A DNA stretch of 64,000 nt from positions 38,688,001 to 38,752,000 of the forward strand of contig OZ365111.1 of the NCBI GenBank assembly GCA_977030845.1, read 5' to 3'. How positions within the stretch are numbered: the first letter of the stretch is position 1; each line of letters opens with the position of its first letter. Both the position numbers and the translations under genes were made by a program. Below the pieces are notes generated by a model. It was not told where the DNA came from. It worked only from the letters and a program-made list of their open reading frames with translations, and searched no databases. This document shows positions 27,701 to 39,700 of this stretch, piece after piece. The stretch comes from Fimbriosthenelais zetlandica. Its lineage: Eukaryota.

Positions 27701-30700
27701 TCAAAGAAAAGTTCTCAATGGACTCAGTAAGGTCAGTGATGACAGCGGTTCAACCTGGAGACTGGGTAATCAGCATCGATCTCCAGGATGCTTACTTACA
27801 TGTCCCAATCTACCGTCCCCATCAAAAATACCTGCGTTTTGCCCTCAGCCAACATCAGGTCTTCGAATTCCGAGTCCTTCCTTTCGGCCTGACTTCTGCC
27901 CCCAGAGTTTTCACGAAACTCATGCTCTTCGTGGGAACCTGGGCAAGAAAGCGGGGTCTGTTATTGCACCAATACCTCGACGACTGGCTCTTGAGACACC
28001 AGTCAAAGGAGGTCCTCCTCCAACAAGCTTGGCTCTTGTTACGGACTATGATAAAACTCGGTTTACTAATAAATCTAAAGAAATCCATGTTGACCCCAAA
28101 TCAAGTCTTCACTTATCTGGGAATAAAATTCGACACGAAGAAGGCGAGAGCCTTTCCGTCCCAAGGTTGGGCAGACAAGTTATCTCTGACCCTCCCGAAA
28201 TTCAGACTCCTAGCCTTTGCTCCAGCTCTCTTGTGGCTGCAGATCCTCGGCTTTTTGAATTCGGCTTCTTTGGTAATCAAACTGGGGAGACTGCATCTGA
28301 GACCTCTCCAACTGGCCTTGTTGAGTCAGTGGAGGCCTCAGGTGGACCCTCTCCACCAGATGGTAAAGGTTCCACCATCCCTCCAGGTTTACCTAGATTG
28401 GTGGTTACAAGCGAGACGAATCTCCCAAGGGGTCAGTCTCTTACAACCATTAGTAGACCTGCATCTCTTCACAGATGCATGTCTGAAGGGCTGGGGAGCC
28501 CATATAGGAGAGTATCAGGTCCAAGGTCGCTGGACCAGGTATCAATCAAACTCTCACATAAATGTTCTAGAACTGCTTGCAGTCAAGCTAGCTCTAATTC
28601 ACTTTGCCCACCTCCTTCCTTCAAAGGTGGTGCTGCTTCATTGCGACAATGTGACTGCAGTAATGTACTTACGCAATCAAGGGGGGACCAAATCTTCGAA
28701 ATTGCTCAAACTAACGTGGGACATCCTGTCTTGGTGCGAGAAAGAACAGGTGTTGTTAAGAGTCACCCACATCCAAGGGAAGAAAAATTTCCGAGCAGAT
28801 GCTCTATCGAGATCAATCAAGCTTCCCCCTTCAGACTGGATGTTAAAAAAAGAGGTCGCTCAGTCAGTTTTTCAGATCTGGGAGTTCCCTCAGGTGGATC
28901 TGTTTGCGAACCCGGAGAACAACCAGTTACCTCTATTCATGGCCCCATTCCCGACTCCAATGGCGGTAGCAATGGACGCCCTGAGCCAATCTTGGAACCC
29001 CTTTCTAGGGTATGCCTTTCCCCCAACAGTGCTAGTTCATGCAGTCCTTTCGAAGGTCCGAAGGGACAAGGCAAATCTGGTCCTAATAGTTCCATGGTGG
29101 CCCACACAACCCTGGTTTGCCGATCTTCTGAATCTGCTGGTGGATCTCCCGAGAGAGTTACCAGCCTTGCCAGACCTCCTCAGCCAGAAAGGGGTCCTCC
29201 ACTCGAACCCATCCCTTTACCACCTTCACGCGTGCAGGTTGTCAGGGTTGGTCTGGAGGCAAGAGGCTTTTCAACAGAAGTTGCTTCTCGAATGGCAGAA
29301 TCGCAACGCCCCTCATCGAGATCTGTCTACCAATCAAAGTGGAATGTCTTTAAGGAGTGGTGCTCTCCTCGCGGAATTAATCCACTCAGTCCCACTTTGA
29401 CAGAAGTAGCAGATTTCCTCAATTCTCTCTTTGCTAAAAATCTCTCGGTTTCTACCATAAGAGGTTACAGAGCCGCTATTTCGGCCACAACTCTAGCACA
29501 AGGAGACCTAAATATTGGCCAGAGTACTGATTTGAGTGCTTTACTAAGAAATTTTACAATTCATAGACCAGTTCAGGCCAAGAGGGCCCCCCTCTGGAAC
29601 TTACCCTTAGTTTTGAAGTTCCTATTAGGTCCGCCCTTTGAACCCTTGGGTGTAGCAACAAGAAAGTTCTTAACGTTTAAAACTCTTTTCTTGGTAGCTC
29701 TAGCCTCCGGTCGTAGAAGGTCCGAACTCCACGGCCTCGGAGGCTCTCCAGATCACTGTAGATTTGGCAAGAGTTATGCTGATGTATCTCTTTACTTCCT
29801 CAGTGACTTTGTGGCTAAGAACCAAAAACCAGGAGAGTCCTGCTCCCATGTCTCCTTCCCATCTTTGTCCCGTAATGTGGGGAGGCAAGAAGAGGAGAGA
29901 CTCCTCTGTCCTGTGAGAGCTCTGAGGTTTTACATTCAGGCCACTAAGAACAAGCGTCAAGGTAAAAGACGCTTATTTATTTCCCTCAAGGATAGTATCC
30001 ACGAGGATATTCAAGCTTCCACCTTATCCAGATGGATTGTGGAAGTCATCAGAGGAGCTTATGAGAAAGCTGACTCTCAATTGTTACGGGAACTACAGAT
30101 TTCAGCCCACGAGGTGAGAGCTATGTCAGCCTCTTGGGCACATTTTAATGGGATCCCTCTCCCTCACATCATGAAAGCTGCCTTTTGGGCAAATGAGTCC
30201 ACCTTCTCTCGTTTTTATTTAAGAGATCTATGTGGACAGGCTGACGATCTCTATTCTTTGGGCCCGGTCTGTGCCGCTCAGACGGTAATAGACAGACCTA
30301 CTAAGTGATCCCCGTTAAGTGGCCTCAGTGGATGCTGCTCTCGAAAATCTGGAGAGAAGCAGCCTCTCCCTTTTTAGGCCCTTTTAGTTCTGTTCTTAAG
30401 TTACTATTAAGCCTTTTCTTTAGCGTGACTAAGCTGTGGCGAACCCACCTGTTTGTTGTTCCCCCCCTTACCAGTCACTTAAGGTCAGTCAATCACTAAG
30501 ATTTGATTTCTTCTGACCCCCCTTATTATCTAGTTCTTGATATCTAGACATGTTTTGACCCCTAATGCAGACTCCTTTGTGAATTCTGCCGGGCCTGTTT
30601 TTCGATAGGGTCTGTTCTCAAGTCCAGAGACAACAGACTGCTCTCGTTTTGTTTCTCGCAGAAGCCTTTCAATCTTGAGGTGTTACTAAAGGAAACTTCC

Positions 30701-33700
30701 CTCCTCCTTTCTTAGCACTCTCTAAATAGTCATGTGGTAACGTATATTGGTTTAAGATATTAACATGGGAATTTATTCCTAAATTAGATGTTAATAATTA
30801 AACATATACTTACCACATGACTATAATAATTACCCTCCCACCTCCCCGCTTAAGCGGTATCCTTTGGTGGTTGAAAAATTAATGAATATTCATAAGCCTT
30901 CACGCGAGATCTCGTCTATCAGTGGTGCCGCTGTCAGCCACTAGAGGTCACTACCTGTGATTGATGGCGGCAAAAATTTACCGATAGGGAGAAAGCCAAA
31001 GGACTATCTCTAAATAGTCATGTGGTAAGTATATGTTTAATTATTAACATCTAATTTAGGAATAAATTCCCATTTTTGTGTGTATTAAATTTCGACCAAT
31101 TTTTCCACATGTAGGACGAGCCCTCCTCCAGACGCAGCTCCGACAGTAGTTTTGGAATCAAGGATGATCCAGACATGTCCCCGACCCCGGAGGCCTCCAC
31201 GGCCGCCGCCCCGCTGGGTACCCACCTTCTGCGGGAACAAGATCTGAAGCCCAATGTCACCGATCTCGACAAACTCTTTGAGTCGTCGGATTCGGAAAAC
31301 GGCGAATATGACACAGTATGTAGCAACATATTACTCCAGGTGAGGTGCACTTTGCTCTGTCTCTCTCACACACAGGTTTGGGATGGAGGGGAGAATTGGA
31401 AAATTTCAACAACAAAAAGATTTTTTAAAAAAATGAAACAATTTGAGCATCAATTTATACCGTGTTTGCCTTTAAACTTGGGAAAAAATAAATGACTGTT
31501 GAGTGGGAAGTTTTCAAGTTTCTCAACAGTATGAATGGGAACAGCCCAAAAGGTAGAGTGAGAGTGCTTGCGCACCTCTTCTTTTTCTCTGTGTTCAAAG
31601 TTCAAAGCGGCCTACCTATCTACCTACCCTGCTTCATTGCACTTGAAGTGAGAAAGATGCATATTTGGATTATTTGGAACATTTGTACATATTTACTAAC
31701 ATACTGATTGGAGATTTGAATGAGTGGTCTGGATCTGTGCCGTTGATGTTGCACCCCTGCTCTCTGCTAAAGCTTTCCCAACTCCCATTTTCTTTATTTA
31801 TCCTCCATGCCTACTGTGTATATATAAAATTTTGTATAATACTGATTGCTTGTCCATTTGCTTAAAAAAATTAACTTGTATAATTTTTAAATATGTATTC
31901 GTTCAAAATTTTAATTTATATTTAATTTAGATTATTTCCTTGATGTTTGTATGACACAATTTCATGCTTTGCATTCACAATATTAGCATTATGCATTCCG
32001 CTTTAGATTTGAATTATTTACATTTATAGTCAAATTTAGGTCAAGAAGACACAATTTTAAAGAAATCTCTTGTTCATAGTTTCAGGTACCAACTTCCCCT
32101 GGAGTTGTCAAAATGGAGGAAAGTAAAAGTGTTGGTACGAAGGAAGGTCGATTGGGGCCAACAGACATCATAGGTTTGTATGAGATTATTTTAAATACCA
32201 GGACCCCTGTCAAGGTCAAGATCTCTTGACATTTGGTGGTTAATATCAGATAACAGATTTGAAATTAGTAAACTAAGTTTGACATAATTTTACCTCAAGG
32301 TCCAACCCCAACAGAGCTGTCGGTGATGTACCCAACGCCTCCCTCCATGGACAACCAGCACACCACGCCCTCCCCAGGTACAGGCGAAACCCTACCTGAC
32401 CAGACCATTATCAGTGACCAGACCATCAGCAGGATGGACACGATCTCATTCTTGTCAGAAGAAACAATCAAGGCAAGTACTAAGAAAAAATAATCAAATT
32501 AAATATCCCTCTCAGAATTCTTAAATTTGGGATGAGAACATCGGACTGCATTGTGGTACTTTCAAAAAATGATTTAAATTTAATTGTAAAAGTTGTCAGC
32601 GACGAAAACCTTCAAAAGAATAGAGCTGTGTTAAAATATATTAAATGAATAATTATGAAAAAATCACTTTCCTGTCTTAACTTTCTGCAAGTTCTGCTGT
32701 ATTCTATATCGAGTACTATGTGTTCTATTCTCATCAAACGGGGAAAAATCTAAATCTTATAAAAAAAAATTTTACTTGCAGGACTGGTCATATGTCTACA
32801 AACCACCGCAACAAGCCGTTCTTCCCAACGCTCCACGCTACGCTCCCATAGAACTGCCCAGCTGCCGCCTACACACCCTCAGTGCACCATCTCCTTACAA
32901 ACCCTCTTGGATGTACCAACCACTGCCCATGATCGACAAACACCAACACATCCCCCAGCCCTCCAACCTCTCCCACTACCCCAACGTTTCTTCAGTCGAA
33001 CAGGCCGGCATGTCGTCCAAGATGGACCGCATGGGGGCCCACATGGAAGCCCCCTCGCCCTTCTTGTCAACCAACCAACGGACTCCCATGTCATACGAGC
33101 TCCAGTCCCCGGCATCCAACGCATCCTCCTACCTGAATAAAAACATGAGCTCAGTGGATAATACCCACACCAACAGCCAAATGCCGGAGGTGCACTCACT
33201 GGCCGTGAATATAATGCTGTCCGACTCGGTGTTAAACATTTACAAAGATCACAACTTCGACAGCTGTACTTTATGTGTGTGTAATATGAATATCAAAGGT
33301 GCTGATATGGGAGTGTATATCACTGATAAATTTAACGAAGCCCAATACCGATGCACCTGCGGTTTCAGTGCCATCATCAACAGGAAATATGGTGCCCGCT
33401 CAGGGTTATTTTACGAGGATGAAGTGGACATTACAGACATGAGGGATGAGAGACTGGAGCAACGGAAAGCTCGGTTACTCTCGGGTGAGCTCTTAGCTAA
33501 AGACAGCGAGGGCAAGCTCCCCATGGATGTGAACGAGGCGGTTTTACTCCTGCTCCGGCAACAGTTCTCATCATTGTTCCCTTCCTCCACAGTGTTACAT
33601 AATTATTATAAACAGCGGGTGGACTTAGTGAGCCAGACTCAAGAGATCAACCTGTTAGATCTCCAGGACGGGTGTGAGGCCTGTTATATGGCCCTAGAGG

Positions 33701-36700
33701 CTGGCAGGCAAGTGATGGAGAACTGCAGCTCACAAAAATTAGACGATCCTTTACAAAAAGCAACTTGTTTACATAAATGGCCATTTGTTTTAGGTAGGTC
33801 ATGCTTCTTCATTTTCTGTCTTACTTCTAAGCGTTTCAAGAAAGAATTTAGTTTTTTTTCATTTTGAAAGCCTAGTACAATATGGAAAGAAGGTTCACTT
33901 TTCTCAACCTAGCTGAATATTTGTTTGAAATTTATTTTATTTATACTGGGGTATCTTGGCGTAGTCGTCGGTTTTCATAGATTCAGGATTGTGTTGCATG
34001 TGTTATATGCGGACTTTGGTACAGACAAACAACAATTATATAGGAAAATGCTCTTCACTTTCTTTAAAAGCCTAGCAGATTATAGGGGAAAAACGTTTTT
34101 TTTTCATTTTCAAAGCCTCAGAACAATATCGGACGTAGAAAAATCTTGCAGAATGGGAACCAGTGCCATCACATTACAGATTACGATATAATTATCTAGG
34201 TCTTAATTTGAATTTATATTTTGTTTCTAGAATATGCAGTAGTACCCTCCAACTCTCAGGTGATTGTTCGGTTACTCAAGTCCCTACAGCCGCTACTCCA
34301 GGACACGATACAGAAAAAGAGCGGCACCATGTTCTGGGAATCTGTCTACACTGTATCAGGACCTCTCACGTGGAAGGACTTCCATCTCCTCGCAGGCCGA
34401 GGGGCAGAGGAAGCCAGCGAACCTCAACCCATACCTTCAGTCATTGTGGGTTACGAGAAAGAATGGCTCAGTGTATCACCTTATACTTTCCAATTCTGGG
34501 TACGTCGATTTCTCTTTTCCCACGTATATTGTATACATGTAGGCCTACTCCGGCAGAAAAAAAAAATTGTGGCCCTAACCTCGAAGTGGCTGATATTTGA
34601 TGTTACTTTTGGCTATTAGATCATTTGTGTCAAATATGTTTATTATAGTTAAGGCTGAATTATGATCAATCAATGCTAAGCAAATCTAGATCAGTTTGGC
34701 CTAATTATGCACTGTCTGACCCAGATTCTAGGCTGGGCATTGGATGGAATGATCTGCGAGTCACAGTTTAGGTGCTGCCAACATTAAAATCGGTGGAGCA
34801 GAGATGAACTAAATTCTGACTTTACAATTGAAAAATCGGTGACAGAGCCACTTTAAATAATGAAAAGAATGTAACTTGAGCAACAAACTATAGATTGGTG
34901 CTAGCGCCACTTTAATTAACAAGATCTGTGATAAAGTCGCTTTAAATAAATCAGTGATTCCTTACTTGCTTCTCTCTTGCAGGATAAGTTATTTTTAGAA
35001 CCCTATGCCAAGCAACGGGACGTGGCCTACATCGTGGTAGCCCCGGATAACGACTTCATCCTCGCTCAGCTGCTGAGTTTCTTCAAGGAGCTCAGCACCA
35101 TGTATGAGCTGCTCAAGCTGGGCCGTCACTGCCCCATTAGTAAGATACTAAGAGACGGCATCCTGAGGGTGGGCAAAAAGGCAGCACAGAAAGTGGCAGA
35201 CCAACCGGTCGACGACTGGTTTACTTTCTTAGGTAATTTTTGTGATTTAGATGAATTTTTTTAAAAGATAATTTGGAAAAAAAGTGATATTAACCAATGG
35301 GCCAGACCCATGAGAAGAAGCTTCTTGGAAGGATTCTGTATTTGGATACTGAGAAATTCCTTTCCAGAGTCAGTAGAAAATATGTCTTCTATATGTCTTC
35401 ACATATATAGGATGATCCTATGATCATCAGAAATCTATATCTTTAATATTAATTTAGCAGTGCCTTTCATTCTGATTTCTCATTTCACTCCACAGGTAAC
35501 TCTCCAGTAGCAGCCAAATTGAAGTTGTATGCTCAAGTATGCCGGTACCGACTAGGTAAGTAGCATATTTCCACTCTATCCTAAATTCATGAATTCCATG
35601 CTAATCCATTGTATTTTCCAGGGTTCCCAGCGACTCTAGGAATCAGGGAAAACTTGGAAAATTACTTTCCCCAGGGAATTTGGAAAAACTGGAAAAATCA
35701 GGGAATTTCGACACTGACTCGGAAGGATATTCTTTCGGAGGTTGACTTGTACAATCCCATGCCCCCCACTGAAGTTCAGAGTGCTTCATATGACTAAAAT
35801 ATCTCCTGGAATTTAAGGGTTTAATCAGGGAAAACTGCTTTCATGAACTGCTGGGAACCCTGTTTCCCTAGAAAAAGAAACTTTTTTCATCACTTAACCA
35901 TTTTTCACCACTTCCCTCTCATTGTAGCCCCTTATCTGGAGACAAAGGCAGTGGATGCAAGCCTATTTGAGGGAGCAACGCCAGCAACTTCAACAAGGTC
36001 TCCACCTAAACCCCATCCTGAACCGTCCCCCCAGCCGGCCACCCCACAAGACGGCCAACCTGCCACTCCTAGCTCTGAGGAGAAAGGTGAGGATGGTACG
36101 GAAACACAAACTACTACTCTCTCGGTGTCATGCTTAGTAGTTGGTGTTGTTTTGTCACTTTTATTTTTGATTTTGATTTTCGCCGGTCGTCGTCCTCAAG
36201 ATTGCCCTCGCTGAATATTCTTTCATAACCCAAATCCGAACCCAAAAATTTTGCCATGAATCCTATTATGGCTTCATTGAAGATATTTTGGCTCATTTTG
36301 AAGATATTTTGGCTCATTTTGAATTATGAGGGCAATTGATAGGATGACATGTATCTAGAATTCTAGTTGATAGCTTGTACCAACTTAGTTTAGCTGTAGT
36401 CCAATTTCATTTTCAGAGTTTTGTACGAATTACCATGGTGAAACCTTTTTTCTCTATCGTTGAACATTGTATATATTGATAAATTTTAATAGTATGTAAA
36501 AATGGACCATCAATTTGTCATTATGTTGTATCAATCTATGTTGTGTTTGTATCTATTATGGCAGTGCACGTACCAAGTTTTTTTCTGGCCATTGTGTGAA
36601 TTATATTTAAACATGATGAAATGGTAGAAAGAATCAACTTTAGCAAAAATAAAATGTGCTATATGTGAGGTGACCGTTATGTGAATCCACTATGTAAAAT

Positions 36701-39700
36701 ATTCTTTTTGATTTTTTTCCAATATTTTTGTTCATGTATTGACGCCCTAAGGTGGCCCTGTGTAATATTGAAGGAAATATTGATATTCATTGTTCCCAAT
36801 ATTGTAAATTTTTTCTAGGAGGTGACTCTGAGTCCTCTAGTAGTACACAGAAGGAAGCACCAGAGCCAGAGTTACCTGAACAGGACGGAGCAGACTGTCC
36901 AGCCGTGGTCATCTACATGATTGACCCCTTCACCTATGGTGCAGACTGGGACGACCTCCGGCGCTTATCAATGATAGGCCTTCTACGCTGCTACCAGGAA
37001 ATCCTTGCTGGTCTGCAAGAGAATGTACATATGCAAAACAACATTCAGTTACAGGTTGGTATTATACTTTTGTGACCAATGGTAAAAGTGGCATTCATTT
37101 AAAGAATAGATCCATCCGTGTAGAAGCCTGAACTCAGGTTTTGAAAAGTATATTCATTAACAATTCGTAATAGGTTCTTTGGTTGCGGACTGCGGTATAA
37201 GAGAGAAAAACACAATTTTAACTGTTCATTTTAAGTTTGCTGTGGGACGCCATTTTGAGCCGGTCTGTGACGTCACACTTGACCAGCGAGTGGACCCAGT
37301 TCCAGCGCCAAGCGGACCTAGTTATCAAGTTATCTATTACAAGTGGCCTCTAAGCCACAAGTGACCTATCCACACAGGGAGAAAGCTCCGCCCACTGGTC
37401 ATGTTGACCCTCCACGTGGTCTGACTGCCACAAACAAACAACCCCATCTCACACATGCAGCCTCCAGTGTGGTAAAATGATGGGAACACAACAGTGAAAA
37501 CCAAAATTAAATAACTTATGTTTTCTTTGCTCGGTCTAATTAGCTAACCCTTTGGTAATGTTGTAATGTTCCTTACCACCTAGTCTTAAATAAGGATTTG
37601 TATCTTTGAATTCATATGTGAAAGCTAATTGTAATCAAAGATTAAATTTACCACCTCACAAATTTGTTCAAAACCTATTCAGTGGGAAAGGTGGTATGGA
37701 AAATAGCCTAATAAATGTCCATACAAAGCAATTTCTACTTTCCATAAAATATATGGAAGAGGTAAAGACTCGTCTATTTAGGTTAATGTGTACTAAGAAA
37801 TCTGAGATAATCTTGCAGTCATGGCCTATACCAGAGAGACCATACGGTTGTATACGTCCATATTTTATCTTACTCTAAGATTTTATCAAGTATACTCCCC
37901 AGTAATTGTACCCCCTTGACCTCGCAAATGTCCCATTCATATTTATTGGGTCAGTAGAGGAGGATGGTGGTCAGCGTCCGAGTGACTCGCTTCAGTCTGT
38001 TGATATGCAGTGCTCTGATTGGCTGAAGAGGGCCAAGCCCCCAGCGGTCTGGGGATGGGTCAACATAGACTCCAACTCCACATGGATTTGGGTCTTTTTT
38101 CTCCGATAAAAAATGAAGAAACTAAGGTCCCCATGTGGTTTAGGTCCATTAGACCATATACTTACAACCTGTAGCTACGCAGGATGGCACTCTCTTAACG
38201 GATACAATGAATGTTCCATTGGAGAATGTGAGAATTATCAAGGGCAGTGTATATAAACAGTGTGGTCAGATGGTAACTTGGGTTCGTGCTGGTCAAGTGT
38301 GACGTCAGATTCGCAGTGAACTGTGGGTAATATACGTAAAAATGGCGGGATCCTCAAAATGGACTGGAGACAATACTTCCCGGGAAAAAAACCTCTGGAT
38401 TAACCTTATTATACAGATTTGCGACCTGGGATAGTGGCAACATATTTCTAATAACCTTTATAGTGAATAGACGTTTTCAAAGTTATGGTTGGAACTGTTC
38501 TTTAAGGTTTACATGATAGGGGCCCAGTGCTGTGTCTGACTTCATTTCCAGTGACTCTGGAAATCGGGGAAAACCTGGAAAATAAGTTTTACGTTTTTCA
38601 TACCGGGAAATCTCCTGGAATTTAAGGGCTTACTCAGGGGGAAAATCAGGGAATTCTATTTTCATGAACTGATGGGAACCCTGGCACTGCATTAAGTCTT
38701 GAGTTAAGTCTTGTCTTATAAAATTAAGTGTATATAAAATAATGTTAATTTTGCCTACAGTTGGTGCCTCTACAAGCAGTGCTTGATTTCCGGGAGACAT
38801 CCACCATGCCCTACCTCAAACAGCTGGCCATGTCCGTCTACACCCAGTGTCGACGTAACCTGGTGCACACCGTCCTCGGCCGCTCTCTCACAGGCTTTGG
38901 TCCGGCTTCCAGTGCAGAGAAAATTCTCAAGTCTGTACAAGACACAATGGTAAGTAGTGCTTATATGGGCTATTATGGCTTATCTTTCTCAACTATTGGA
39001 ATCCAATCTTTAAAATTCTAATTAAGCATTTTTTTTTTTTTTTTTTTTTATTTAAGATATTTATACAGCGAACAAAGGGGTCGTAAACTAGTGTGTAATA
39101 ACAGAACCCCATAACGACATTCAGTCAAGATTACCAAATTTCATTCAGTCAAAACAGCATACTCACAGAGGCCCTGAAGGATATTAAATCTCGAACCATT
39201 TATGATTGAAGTCCTGTCTAAGAGTAAAATGACAAAAAATATCAAACGATCTCTCGTTTTTTTCAGCCCATCTTCACACCACCCTTCATCCTGGCGCCGT
39301 TCAGAGAGCGCCAATTACAACTATCAGAGAACACGGAAGAGTCGCACGTACTCTTTTGTGGTTACTGCCTATCAGAGGACCAGCGCTGGTTGCTGACGGC
39401 CGTTACAGACGACAAGGGAGAGCTGCTAGAGACGTGCACCATCAACATTGAGATACCTAACCGTAATCGGCGGAAGAAGGCGTCAGCCCGCAAGATCGGT
39501 CTGGCTAAACTGTGGGACTTTATACTAGATGTGATGAGCGTCACCACCCGACCATGGCGGCTCGTCATCGGCAGATTTGGCAAGCTGGGGCATGGTGAAC
39601 TCAAAGGTGAGTCATATGGAAGAATTATTTTTTTTTTCATTCATTCTAGATGAATACCTCAAGAAAATGTACAATTCTTTATATATATGGACGAAATCTC

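Larger units (their letters stand above)
24423..31073 (+). mobile_element. Full-length DIRS1-type (tyrosine recombinase) retrotransposon in a MED13 intron, same orientation as the host gene
   Basis: Three long intact ORFs (Gag-like, RT-RNaseH-MT, YR), inverted terminal repeats, a 3' extension on the right ITR, and an internal complementary region matching both termini. No classical TSD; only an AT dinucleotide is shared at both junctions. Confidence 0.97.
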
